A DNA stretch of 64,000 nucleotides from Candidatus Falkowbacteria bacterium (GTDB lineage: Bacteria > Patescibacteriota > Patescibacteriia > Patescibacteriales > GWE2-39-37), in assembly GCA_013336275.1 (NCBI GenBank), contig JAAXUA010000001.1, positions 78,167 through 142,166 of the forward strand. The letters are read 5' to 3'. Under the pieces are notes generated by a model. The model was not told where the DNA came from and did not search any database. It worked only from the letters and a program-made list of their open reading frames with translations. Positions 10,528 to 20,015 of the stretch are shown piece by piece. Position 1 is the first letter of the stretch, and each line of letters begins with the position of its first letter. A program made the position numbers and the translations under genes.

Positions 10528-10908
10528 ATGGCCACAACTAAACCCAAAATCCTGCTTATTGAAGACGACGATGACCAGCTCATGATGTATGAAGTGTCGC
10601 TGGCAAAAGCCGGGTTCAGCGTATCCAAGGCTCATAATGGCAAGCAAGGAATAATCATGGCTCTCAAGAACAAGCCTGACCTGATAATGCTTGATTTGGT
10701 CTTGCCCGACATGCCTGGCCAGGAAATACTGTCCGAATTGAAGAAATTGCAGGCCGCCAAGGACATCAAAGTCGTGGTTCTGAGCAATCTGAACAAGAAA
10801 GAGGTTATTGAAGAATGCTTCCGCTTGGGAGCGGCTGATTTTCTAATCAAGATGCAGTTCCTACCCCGCGAAGTGGCCGCCAAGGCCCTAGGGTATCTTA
10901 AAAACTAA
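10528..10908 (+). CDS. Single-domain response regulator (CheY-like receiver)
   Basis: ILLIEDD, PDLIMLDLVLP, GAADFLIK; putative own promoter TTGATT(10489)-17-TAGAAT(10512). Confidence 0.92.
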   Translation: MATTKPKILLIEDDDDQLMMYEVSLAKAGFSVSKAHNGKQGIIMALKNKPDLIMLDLVLPDMPGQEILSELKKLQAAKDIKVVVLSNLNKKEVIEECFRLGAADFLIKMQFLPREVAAKALGYLKN

Positions 10909-10947
10909 TCGTTCGTCGGCCCGGAGGGAGCCATGAACAAAAAACAT

Positions 10948-11274
10948 ATGAAATACACAATCAAAGCAACGAAAATCAAGTTGACCCCGGAAATCAAGGA
11001 ATATGTCGACAAGAAAATAAATATGCTCGATAAGTACTTGGGCAAGATACAGCCGGTCGCCTGCCATGTCGAAGTCGGACTGCTGGTCGGCGGACAGAAG
11101 ACCGGCGACATCTACCGCACTGAAGTCGTCTTGGAATTGCCTAACTCCATACTGGTGATCGAGAAGAGCGCAGAAGACCTGACAAAGTCGATTGACAAGG
11201 TCAAGGATCATTTGGCCCAGTCGATCACCAAGTACAAGGAAAAGCTGATCGAGCGTCGTCGCAAGACTGCATAG
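10948..11274 (+). CDS. hpf: Ribosome hibernation promoting factor (short HPF/RaiA)
   Basis: MKYTIKATKIKLTPEIKEYVDKK...SAEDLTKSIDKVKD...KYKEK; alternative ATG at 10933. Confidence 0.88.
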   Translation: MKYTIKATKIKLTPEIKEYVDKKINMLDKYLGKIQPVACHVEVGLLVGGQKTGDIYRTEVVLELPNSILVIEKSAEDLTKSIDKVKDHLAQSITKYKEKLIERRRKTA

Positions 11275-11282
11275 AGCAAGCC

Positions 11283-12065
11283 ATGCCTCAATATCAAAAG
11301 GATCTGCCTGAATCAGAATTATATCTCAAGGGTCAGAACGGCAAAGCCGTTCTGATTATCCATGGCTTCGCCATCAACATTGAGCAGACCGACCTGCTAT
11401 TCAAATATTTCCACAAAAAAGGGTATACGGTAGCCAGGCCGATCATGCCTGGCCACACCGGAGAAATGGACGACCTTAAGCGGTATGGGCCCGATGACTG
11501 GCTCGTTGAATCCAAAAAGTGGCTCAACCGGCTCTTATCCGAGTTCGATAGCGTTTATCTGATCGGTATTTCCTTCGGCAGCAATATCGCGCTGCGTCTG
11601 GCGGTCGAGGATGGTTCGCGGGTCAAAGCTGTGGTTGCCTGGGAAATGCCGATATTCTTCAACTGGAGAATCTGGTTCATCCTTAATATCGTGCAGCCGA
11701 TCATGCAGCTCTTCGGAGTCGAGTATATACGCAAAAGCGGGCCGCTTTATCGCAAGAACAACGTTGATCGGGATGGAGCCTTCGGCTTTATTCCAGTCAA
11801 AGTCGCCGGCCAGATCAGAAATTTCATCCGGCGCAACACGGTCAAGGATTTTTTGAAAGTCAATAAACCGATGCTACTGCTGCAAGCTGAACAAAGCGAT
11901 CTCTTGGATAATGACCACGCGTTAAAGTATGTCTGCAAGCATGTCGGCCCCGAATTGCGCGAGATGGTCTGCGTGCCTATAGACAACCATGACATTAACC
12001 TCTTGGATGAGGAGGGCAAGATAATTACCATGGAAATGATCTACAATTTCATCTCTAAAGTTTAG
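11283..12065 (+). CDS. Alpha/beta-hydrolase, carboxylesterase-like
   Basis: IIHGF oxyanion motif, PGH, nucleophile GISFG, C-terminal Asp/His candidates. Confidence 0.8.
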   Translation: MPQYQKDLPESELYLKGQNGKAVLIIHGFAINIEQTDLLFKYFHKKGYTVARPIMPGHTGEMDDLKRYGPDDWLVESKKWLNRLLSEFDSVYLIGISFGSNIALRLAVEDGSRVKAVVAWEMPIFFNWRIWFILNIVQPIMQLFGVEYIRKSGPLYRKNNVDRDGAFGFIPVKVAGQIRNFIRRNTVKDFLKVNKPMLLLQAEQSDLLDNDHALKYVCKHVGPELREMVCVPIDNHDINLLDEEGKIITMEMIYNFISKV

Positions 12066-12271
12066 CTTGATTTTTTAAGCCATTTTTATTATAGTGTAGG
12101 AGGAAATAACGGAATATTGGTTAATATTCAGGTCCAAGGCGCAAAATTCAAAACAAGGGGGTTGCTTAATATTTATTGTTTTAATATTAGCTAAAAACCC
12201 AGGATTATGACATTTATTTGTTTTGGGTTTTGAGCTTTTTTTATTTGGCTTAATACATATAAATTATATTT

Positions 12272-15046
12272 ATGAATCTGTTGGCTAAAATGTGGGGCGA
12301 CCCAAATGCTCGCTATATCAAAAGCCTCGAACCGATCGTGGACCAAGTCAATAAACTCGAAGAGAAGTATAAGGCTTTGTCTGACGAAGATTTGAAGAAT
12401 GCTACCCTGGATTTCAAAAAGAGAATCGGCACAGCCGAACCGGCTCTGGTTGGCGATGAAAAGGTCCTGCAGAAGCTCGACGAAATCATGCCCGAAGCCT
12501 TCGCCGCGATTCGCGAGGCGGCCCGCCGAGTCATCGGCCAGCGTCATTATGACGTGCAGCTCTTGGGCGGCATCGTCTTGCACAAAGGCCAGATCGCTGA
12601 AATGAAAACCGGCGAGGGTAAGACTTTGGTTGCCACCTTGCCGTTGTATTTGAACGCCTTGACCGGCTGGGGCGCCCAGCTCGTTACGGTCAATGATTAT
12701 CTGTCGCGCGTCGGTGCTGGCTGGATGGCCCCGGTCTTTCACGCCCTTGGTTTGACGACCGGTGTCATCATTCATGAGCGCGCTTTGGTTTACGACCCGG
12801 AATATATCGACGAGAGCCAGTTCGACGACCGCTTGAAGCACTTTCGTCCGGTAGAGCGGCGTCAGGCATATCATTGCGACATCCTTTACGGCACCAATAA
12901 TGAGTTCGGTTTTGATTACCTCAAGGACAATATGGTCAACCGTCTGGAACAGATGGTCCAGCGGCCGCATTATTTCGCTATCGTCGATGAAGTCGATTCG
13001 ATCCTGATCGATGAGGCCAGGACGCCGCTGATCATCTCCGCTCCGGCCGAAGAGTCGACCGACAAATATTTCCAGTTCGCCCAATTAGTCGAACGCCTGA
13101 CCAAGGATGAGGACTATAACGTCGACGAGAAGATGCGCGCGGTATCCCTCGGCGAGTCCGGCATCGCTAAGCTGGAAAAATGGCTCGGCGTCGAGAATAT
13201 CTACACTTCCGGCGGCGTCAGCGACGTCCACCACATCGAACAGGCTCTGAAAGCCAAAGAGCTGTTTTTGCTTGACCGTGACTACGTCGTGCGTGAGGGC
13301 GAGGTGATCATCGTCGATGAGTTCACCGGCCGCATGATGCATGGCCGACGTTACAGCGAAGGCCTGCACCAGGCCATCGAGGCTAAAGAGGGCGTCGAAG
13401 TCCAGCGAGAGAGCCAGACTTTGGCGACCGTCACCTTCCAGAATTATTTCCGCATGTACAGGAAGCTTGCCGGCATGACCGGTACGGCCATGACCGAAGC
13501 GGAGGAGTTCCATAAGATTTACAAATTAGAGACTACGGTCATCCCGACCAACAAGCCGACCGTCCGCAAAGACCTGAACGACTTGATATACCGCGTTGAG
13601 GATGGCAAATACAATGCCGTAATCGAAGAGGTCAAGCAGCGCCACGCCGCAGGCCAGCCGATTCTGATCGGCACCATCTCGATCGAGAAGAACGAGCGCT
13701 TGGTTTTGGCGATGGAGCGCGAAGGCCTCCGTCCGCAGATGCTTAACGCCAAGAACCACCAGCGCGAGGCCGAAATCATTGCCCAGGCCGGCAAGGTCGG
13801 CTCGATTACTCTGGCTACGAATATGGCCGGACGAGGCGTCGACATCATGCTTGGCGGAACTGAACCGGCCAAAGGCACCCCGGAACACGACGAATGGCAG
13901 ATCGAGCACGACAAGGTCGTCGCTTTGGGAGGCCTGCATGTCATCGGTACCGAACGGCACGAAGCTCGCCGTATCGACAACCAGCTTCGAGGTCGCGCCG
14001 GACGCCAAGGCGACCCGGGTTCGTCGCAGTTTTACGTCTCGACCGATGACGACCTGATGCGCATCTTCGGCGGCGACCGCATGAAGAAGCTGATGGTCAC
14101 CCTGAAATTGCCTGACGATATGCCGATCGAGAACAAGCTTATTTCCCGATCGATCGAATCGGCCCAAAAGAAGGTCGAGGGCAATAACTTCGACTTGCGC
14201 AAGCATATCGTGGAATATGACGATGTCATCAATAAGCACCGCGAGTCGATATATCGCCGCCGCCGCGAGATTTTAGAGCTGGTTCCGGCAGGAAATATCG
14301 AGCTCGATCAAGCGGCAACAACCGAAAAAGTTTCAAGTACGAAATTATCCAAGACCGTCCTCGAGATGGTGGAGCTGGAGATCGAGCAGGTGGTGAGCTT
14401 TCATACGGCGGCAGAGCAGGTGAGCGAGTGGAATCTCAAGGAAATCGAACAGGTAATGCTGACCATTTTTCCGGTAAAGGAGGGTCTGCCAGCAGAGCTT
14501 TCGAAAATCGCCGAAGAGGGCAGCAAGCTCGACAAGGTCAAAGGCCGGACGGCCATCATTGAGCATCTGGTCAAGATGGCTGAAGAGGCTTATGCCGAGC
14601 TGGTTTCGAACGCCCGTGGCGTCGGCATCAACTGGGAAGTCGTCGAAAAGGATGTCTTGCTGCGTTCGATTGACGCTTTGTGGATCGAGCACCTTGAAGC
14701 GATGTCATCATTGCGCCAAGGCATCGGCCTCAGGGGGTACGGTCAGCGCGATCCTCTGATCGAGTATAAGCGCGAGTCCTACCAGCTTTATAATGAATTG
14801 ACAAATCTCATCCAGAAACAGGTGGTATATAGCATCTATAAGTTGGGCGGCGTCCACCAGCCGATTGCCGGAAAGAGCTTGGCCGAACGGGCGACGCAGT
14901 ATAGCGCTCCGGTCAAGGAAGGCGAGGGCGAGAAGGTGATTGTCGCAAACAACAAGGACAAAGCACCCGACGGTTCGCATATCGGGCGCAACGACCCTTG
15001 CTGGTGCGGCTCGGGTTTGAAATATAAGAAATGTCACGGCAAATAG
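12272..15046 (+). CDS. secA: Protein translocase subunit SecA
   Basis: MKTGEGKT, DEVDSILIDEARTPLIIS, QLRGRAGRQGDPG, C-terminal SEC-C motif GRNDPCWCGSGLKYKKCHG. Confidence 0.98.
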   Translation: MNLLAKMWGDPNARYIKSLEPIVDQVNKLEEKYKALSDEDLKNATLDFKKRIGTAEPALVGDEKVLQKLDEIMPEAFAAIREAARRVIGQRHYDVQLLGGIVLHKGQIAEMKTGEGKTLVATLPLYLNALTGWGAQLVTVNDYLSRVGAGWMAPVFHALGLTTGVIIHERALVYDPEYIDESQFDDRLKHFRPVERRQAYHCDILYGTNNEFGFDYLKDNMVNRLEQMVQRPHYFAIVDEVDSILIDEARTPLIISAPAEESTDKYFQFAQLVERLTKDEDYNVDEKMRAVSLGESGIAKLEKWLGVENIYTSGGVSDVHHIEQALKAKELFLLDRDYVVREGEVIIVDEFTGRMMHGRRYSEGLHQAIEAKEGVEVQRESQTLATVTFQNYFRMYRKLAGMTGTAMTEAEEFHKIYKLETTVIPTNKPTVRKDLNDLIYRVEDGKYNAVIEEVKQRHAAGQPILIGTISIEKNERLVLAMEREGLRPQMLNAKNHQREAEIIAQAGKVGSITLATNMAGRGVDIMLGGTEPAKGTPEHDEWQIEHDKVVALGGLHVIGTERHEARRIDNQLRGRAGRQGDPGSSQFYVSTDDDLMRIFGGDRMKKLMVTLKLPDDMPIENKLISRSIESAQKKVEGNNFDLRKHIVEYDDVINKHRESIYRRRREILELVPAGNIELDQAATTEKVSSTKLSKTVLEMVELEIEQVVSFHTAAEQVSEWNLKEIEQVMLTIFPVKEGLPAELSKIAEEGSKLDKVKGRTAIIEHLVKMAEEAYAELVSNARGVGINWEVVEKDVLLRSIDALWIEHLEAMSSLRQGIGLRGYGQRDPLIEYKRESYQLYNELTNLIQKQVVYSIYKLGGVHQPIAGKSLAERATQYSAPVKEGEGEKVIVANNKDKAPDGSHIGRNDPCWCGSGLKYKKCHGK

Positions 15047-15565
15047 ATGGAATGGCAAAGAATCGATGAGAAATCGGTCAAAGACGGCTGGCGCAAGGTC
15101 ATATCCCGCAGGTATCTTCTGCCGAACGGCAAGGAGTATGATTTTGAGATAAAGCAAGAGGGGGTCGCTGTCTGCGTTTTACCCATCACCCGCGAGGGCA
15201 AGGTCGTTCTAGCCAAGCAGTTCCGTGTCGGCCCGGAAAAGGTGCTTTTGGAACTGCCAGGCGGCGGCCTTGAAAAGGACGAGACGCCCGAGCAAGCGAT
15301 AGTCAGGGAGTTACGAGAGGAAACCGGCTATTCGGGTAAGGTGCAGCTGGTGCAGGAGATTCTTGATGATGCATATAGCACCAGGACTCGCTACGCCTTC
15401 GTGGCGACCGATTGTGTCAAGGTCGGTGAGCCGGAATCCGACGAGACGGAGTTCATCGAAGCTGTAGAAATGACGATCAGCGAATTCAGAAATCATCTGC
15501 GCGCAGGCCAGCTGACCGATCTCGAAACCGGCTATCTCGGCCTCGATTATCTGAAACTTTTGTAA
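15047..15565 (+). CDS. NUDIX hydrolase (ADP-ribose pyrophosphatase-like)
   Basis: Nudix box GGLEKDETPEQAIVRELREETG; preceded by QFR and LELPGG. Confidence 0.9.
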   Translation: MEWQRIDEKSVKDGWRKVISRRYLLPNGKEYDFEIKQEGVAVCVLPITREGKVVLAKQFRVGPEKVLLELPGGGLEKDETPEQAIVRELREETGYSGKVQLVQEILDDAYSTRTRYAFVATDCVKVGEPESDETEFIEAVEMTISEFRNHLRAGQLTDLETGYLGLDYLKLL

Positions 15566-15571
15566 TAACAT

Positions 15572-16627
15572 ATGAAGCCAATAATCAATAGCCCATCATT
15601 CTTTATCGGCAAAGGAGGAGGTAACCTGATCTCTTTCGGTTCGGGTCAGCCTGATTTGCCGCCACCGGCCGAAGCATTCGCCGCGATGAACGGTTATCAC
15701 GAATTCAAATACGGCCTGATTCCCGGCCAGCTCGCCTTGCGCGAGGCTCTGGTGCCGGTTTATGAAAATTCCAACCCGAGCCAGTTCGTCATCACCAATG
15801 GCGGATCGGAGGCGATCGACTTGGCCTTGCGCGCCATCGCCGTGCCTGGCGGGAAAGTCCTCTTGCCACGGCCGTATTACTACTCCTATCCGCACAATGT
15901 GGTTTTCGCCGGCATGACGCCGGAATATTATGACCTGGCCGACGGTAAAGTCGTGCTTGAGGAGTTAGAAGAGAAGATGCGGGGCATGCGGGCGATCATG
16001 GTCAACTCGCCATCGAACCCGACCGGGACTTTGCAGACGCCGGAAGTGCTTAAGGCGATCGAGGAGATGGCCCATCGCTTAGGCGTCTATATCATCGCCG
16101 ATAACGTCTATCGGGATTTGGTTTACGTCGGCGAGTTCTACCAGCTCAAGAGCGAGAAGGTCATTACCGTCGATTCATTTTCCAAGACCTATTCGATGTG
16201 CGGCTACCGGGTCGGTTATGTCCACGCCTATGACCAGGGCATCATTGACCGCATCGTCGAAATGAAGACCCACACGTCGATGAATACCAATATTTTGGCT
16301 CAAGAAATGGCTCTGGCAGCCTTGAAAAGCCCGCAGTCCTATATCGATGAGCACTTGGAAATCTGGCGCGAGCGCCGCGACCGCATCTATGGCGGCATGA
16401 AGGATTTGGGACTCGACTTGTGGCAGCCCGAGGGCGCCTTCTATGTCTTTCCGAGGTTCGATGACCCGAACAAGGTTGTCAACGAGCTGTATTATGAATA
16501 CAATATAATAACCTATGACGGAACCTGGTTCGGGGCGCCAGACAGGGTGAGATTCAGCTATGCCCTGGATGTGGACAAGATCGATGAAGGACTGAAACGG
16601 CTCGGGGAATATATCGCTAGGAAATAA
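15572..16627 (+). CDS. PLP-dependent aminotransferase class I/II
   Basis: GQPD, NSPSNPTG, DNVY, SFSKTYSMCGYRVG, PEGAFY, RFSY motifs. Confidence 0.93.
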   Translation: MKPIINSPSFFIGKGGGNLISFGSGQPDLPPPAEAFAAMNGYHEFKYGLIPGQLALREALVPVYENSNPSQFVITNGGSEAIDLALRAIAVPGGKVLLPRPYYYSYPHNVVFAGMTPEYYDLADGKVVLEELEEKMRGMRAIMVNSPSNPTGTLQTPEVLKAIEEMAHRLGVYIIADNVYRDLVYVGEFYQLKSEKVITVDSFSKTYSMCGYRVGYVHAYDQGIIDRIVEMKTHTSMNTNILAQEMALAALKSPQSYIDEHLEIWRERRDRIYGGMKDLGLDLWQPEGAFYVFPRFDDPNKVVNELYYEYNIITYDGTWFGAPDRVRFSYALDVDKIDEGLKRLGEYIARK

Positions 16628-16637
16628 ACATAAAAAT

Positions 16638-17711
16638 ATGCCGGAGAAAAACTGGCAGTGGTATCTGAATTCGGAAACCGCTTGGGAGGCGATGCTGGCT
16701 GATTGCCAGAAGGCCGCGCGCAGCATCGATTTCGAGCAGTTCATCCTCTTGAATGACGAGATTGGCCGCCAATTTTTCGAGGTGTTCATTGAAAAGGCTA
16801 GGGCGGGGTTAAAGGTCAGGCTGATTTGCGATGCCGCAGGCAGCTATGGCTTTTTCAACTCTTCTTATCCAGCCACGCTGCGCAAAGAGGGAATCGAGGT
16901 GCGTTTTTTCAATCCGATCGGTCCTTGGCGCTTACACAATATCACCTCCTGGTTCTTCCGGGATCACCGCAAGATCTTGGTCGTCGACAATGAAGTGTGC
17001 TACACCGGCGGCGTCGGCGTCGAAAAGAAGCTTACGGGCTGGAAAGATGCCCAAGTCAGGCTGACCGGACCAGTGGTCAAGGAAATGGGTTATGCCTTCG
17101 ATAAGATGTGGCAGATGATCGGCGAAGGCCGCTTCATCAAATCGCGATTCGGCCAATTCGCACCCGGCGATTTTCATCTCTTCACCAATGCCCCGCATTT
17201 CCGCCAGCGCTTCTATTACCGCCGCCTGATCAGTGCCATCCGTTCAGCTAAGGAATACATCTATCTGACAACCCCCTACTTCGTGCCCAGCCAGCATTTC
17301 ATGCTGATACTGAAGCAGGCGGCCCGGCGGGGCGTCGATGTCAGGCTGTTGGTGCCGAAAAAGTCCGACCATAACCTGGTCGACACGGCGGCGCAGACCC
17401 ATTTTGCCGGCGCCATGCGCGCAGGCATCAAGATCTACCAGTTTCGCAACGGCATGAACCACGCCAAGACGACGATTGTCGATGATCGCTGGGCGGCAGT
17501 CGGTTCGAGCAATCTTGATAATTTGAGTCTGCTTTTGAATTATGAGGCCAATCTGGTTTCCGAAAATCGCCTGTTCATCGGCGAGCTGAAAGACTTTTTC
17601 GTCAACGACCTCTTGAGTTCTGATAAGCTTGAATATGAGGAGTGGCAGAAGCGTTCAGCATATCAGCGTTTCTGGGAATGGCTAAGCCTGCCTTTCCATG
17701 GGCTGTTATAA
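16638..17711 (+). CDS. cls: Cardiolipin synthase / phospholipase D family (ClsB-like, no N-terminal TM)
   Basis: Two HKD motifs (HRKILVVD, HAKTTIVD), TPYFVP, GSSNLD. Confidence 0.9.
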   Translation: MPEKNWQWYLNSETAWEAMLADCQKAARSIDFEQFILLNDEIGRQFFEVFIEKARAGLKVRLICDAAGSYGFFNSSYPATLRKEGIEVRFFNPIGPWRLHNITSWFFRDHRKILVVDNEVCYTGGVGVEKKLTGWKDAQVRLTGPVVKEMGYAFDKMWQMIGEGRFIKSRFGQFAPGDFHLFTNAPHFRQRFYYRRLISAIRSAKEYIYLTTPYFVPSQHFMLILKQAARRGVDVRLLVPKKSDHNLVDTAAQTHFAGAMRAGIKIYQFRNGMNHAKTTIVDDRWAAVGSSNLDNLSLLLNYEANLVSENRLFIGELKDFFVNDLLSSDKLEYEEWQKRSAYQRFWEWLSLPFHGLL

Positions 17712-17714
17712 TCG

Positions 17715-17785
17715 GGGCCTATAGTATAGTGGTAGAACAGAGCATTCGCATTGCTCGGGCGGCAGTTCGATTCTGCCTAGGTCCA
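17715..17785 (+). tRNA. tRNA-Ala(CGC)
   Basis: Acceptor GGGCCTA/TAGGTCC with G3:U70; anticodon arm GAGCA-TTCGCAT-TGCTC; T arm GGCAG-TTCGATT-CTGCC; CCA not encoded. Confidence 0.93.
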
Positions 17786-17790
17786 CATAC

Positions 17791-17862
17791 GCATCCATCG
17801 TTCAACGGATAGGACGCAAGTTTCCGGAACTTGTAATTGAGGTTCGATTCCTCATGGGTGCA
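17791..17862 (+). tRNA. tRNA-Arg(CCG)
   Basis: Acceptor GCATCCA/TGGGTGC; anticodon arm CAAGT-TTCCGGA-ACTTG; T arm TGAGG-TTCGATT-CCTCA. Confidence 0.93.
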
Positions 17863-17898
17863 CATAATAAGTGCTAGTTTCCGAGAATAAAATATTTT

Positions 17899-19023
17899 AT
17901 GTTGTCTTACATCGAAATTTCCCAGAAAAACCTATTGCACAATGCCAAACAGTTCCGCAAATTAGCCCATCCCGACACGAGGGTTGTCGGAGTTATCAAG
18001 GCTAATGCTTATGGGCATGGCCAGAACGAAGTGGCGCAAATTCTCGAACCGGCCGTCGATTATTTCCAGGTCGACGATCTTCTGGAATTGAGGCTCTTGC
18101 GGCGAGTCACCCATCTGCCTATCCTGGTTCTTGGCTATGTGGCCAAAGATGAACTGGAGGCGGCGATCAAGCTTAACGGCACGTTGGCGGTCTATGACCT
18201 GGAGCGCCTTTCGCTGATCGAGAAGATCGGCAAGCGCCGCCGCAAGAAAGTGCCGATTCACGTCAAGATCGACGCCGAGCTCGGACGCCAAGGTTTGGTC
18301 AAAACGGAGTGGCCGGCGTTCATTGCGGCCTTGAAACGCTGCCGCTGGATCAAGCTTGATGCGCTTTATTCCCATTTTGCAAATATCGAAGACACTTCCG
18401 ATTTTAGCCATGCACAGAAACAGATAGACTGCTTCAGCAAGGCAGTCGAGCAGTTCCAGCGCGCCGGCTTCACCGACTTCGCCACCCACCAGTCCGCCTC
18501 TTCCGGCGTGATGGTTTATGAGAAGGGGGAGGGCATCAATAAGATCATCCGCCCAGGACTTTCCATTTACGGCATGTGGCCATCCGAGGAGCTGCGTGAG
18601 CGATTTGAGGGGCAGGAACTGACTTTGCGTCCGGTGATGCGTTGGGTCAGCCACGTGGCGCAGGTCAAGAAGCTGCCCAAGGGCCACTCCATCGGCTATG
18701 GACTGACTTTCGTCACTCCCAGGGCGATGAAGGTCGCCGTCATACCGCAGGGCTACAGCGACGGCTACGATCGCGGCTTGTCGAGTAAGGGCGAGGTGCT
18801 GATCAGCGGCAAGCGCTGCCGTGTTCTGGGACGCGTCGCCATGAATATGTTCGTCGTCGACGTGACGAAGCTGCCCAAAGTCAAAGCCGAAGACGAGGTC
18901 GTGCTCTTGGGAGAGCAGGGCAAAGAGCGCATCACGGCCGAGGAGTTGGCGGAAAAGATCGGCACGATAAATTACGAAATCACGACCCGCATCACTTCCT
19001 TGCTGCCACGGATCATAAAATAA
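17899..19023 (+). CDS. alr: Alanine racemase
   Basis: VIKANAYGHG, YSHFA, RPGLSIYG, IGYG, GYSDG, GRVAMN, GTINYE. Confidence 0.96.
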   Translation: MLSYIEISQKNLLHNAKQFRKLAHPDTRVVGVIKANAYGHGQNEVAQILEPAVDYFQVDDLLELRLLRRVTHLPILVLGYVAKDELEAAIKLNGTLAVYDLERLSLIEKIGKRRRKKVPIHVKIDAELGRQGLVKTEWPAFIAALKRCRWIKLDALYSHFANIEDTSDFSHAQKQIDCFSKAVEQFQRAGFTDFATHQSASSGVMVYEKGEGINKIIRPGLSIYGMWPSEELRERFEGQELTLRPVMRWVSHVAQVKKLPKGHSIGYGLTFVTPRAMKVAVIPQGYSDGYDRGLSSKGEVLISGKRCRVLGRVAMNMFVVDVTKLPKVKAEDEVVLLGEQGKERITAEELAEKIGTINYEITTRITSLLPRIIK

Positions 19024-19033
19024 AGATTACCAT

Positions 19034-19954
19034 ATGCTCAAGTACTACTATCGCGAGTCGCTGACCAAGGATTTGGAGACTATCAAAGACTTCCGTCCGG
19101 GAGCCTGGATGGATGCCCGCGCGTTATCAGATGAGGAAATCGAAGGCTTGGCTGAGAAGTTCGACCTTGAGCCTGGACACATCCAGGATGCGCAAGACCC
19201 CTTCGAGGTTCCGCGTTTGGAAATAGAAGAGAACGCAATTTATGTTTTTATGCGCGTTCCGGAAAAGGCAGCCGATGGCATCATCACGGTTCCGTTCATG
19301 GTCGCCTTGGGCGAGCAATTTGTCCTGACGGTCAGCCGCCAGGATCTCAAATTCATGCACCGCTTCCTGTCAGGCAGCCATAAGACTTACACTACCCAGA
19401 AGGTAGAATTTCTGGCCCAGCTCATCTCTGCCATCAACGCGTCGTACAGCCGCCACATCATGGACATTAGCCGCCAGGTTCGCGGCATCCGCGTCCGTCT
19501 GGAAAATATCGAGAACCGCGACATCATCAAATTCGTCGATTATGAGCAGGTGCTGAACGACTTCATTTCAGCCTTGATTCCGCTCTCCGGCATCTTGCGC
19601 GGTCTGCTGCGCAACGACGCCATCAAGCATAACGAAGATAATCATGACCTGTTCGAAGACTTGCTCCTATCGAACGAGCAGCTGATCGAGTCGACCAAAG
19701 CCACCTTAAAAACTATCGTCAATATCCGTGACGCCTATTCGACTATCATGGGGCAGGATTTGAACAGGGTGATCAAGGTCCTGACATCGCTGACTATCAT
19801 AGTCACCGTCCCGACCATGATTTCCAGCTTTTACGGCATGAATGTACAATTGCCTTTCGACAAGTCGCCGTCGGCCTTTTACGGCATCGCGGTCGCGACT
19901 GTCGCAACTGTCGCCACCCTCTGGGTCATTTTCAAAAAGAATCGTTGGCTTTAA
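19034..19954 (+). CDS. corA: CorA-family Mg2+/Co2+ transporter
   Basis: Two C-terminal TM helices with YGMNV signature and ending FKKNRWL. Confidence 0.93.
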   Translation: MLKYYYRESLTKDLETIKDFRPGAWMDARALSDEEIEGLAEKFDLEPGHIQDAQDPFEVPRLEIEENAIYVFMRVPEKAADGIITVPFMVALGEQFVLTVSRQDLKFMHRFLSGSHKTYTTQKVEFLAQLISAINASYSRHIMDISRQVRGIRVRLENIENRDIIKFVDYEQVLNDFISALIPLSGILRGLLRNDAIKHNEDNHDLFEDLLLSNEQLIESTKATLKTIVNIRDAYSTIMGQDLNRVIKVLTSLTIIVTVPTMISSFYGMNVQLPFDKSPSAFYGIAVATVATVATLWVIFKKNRWL

Positions 19955-19965
19955 AACTGACCGTC

Positions 19966-20010
19966 AATATAATAATAAAACCGCCCTTGAGGCGGTTTTA
20001 TTATTATATT
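19966..20010. terminator. Bidirectional intrinsic terminator
   Basis: Perfect 20-bp inverted repeat aatataataataaaaccgcc-cttga-ggcggttttattattatatt between convergent genes. Confidence 0.85.
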
Positions 20011-20015
20011 AGAAA

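Noticed and set aside
10915..10935. cggcccggagggagcc as SRP RNA domain IV
   Set aside because: Lacks the CAGG/AGCAG internal loop and long helix, and the intergenic gap is too short.
12135..12170. GCGCAAA...GGGGTTGC as a c-di-GMP-I riboswitch
   Set aside because: No GGCAAAC/GAAA tetraloop hairpin or receptor is present; only fragments match.
12191..14692. Long minus-strand ORFs opposite secA (297, 142, 237 and 115 aa)
   Set aside because: Antisense shadows produced by the codon bias of a conserved gene; no start signals or recognisable motifs.
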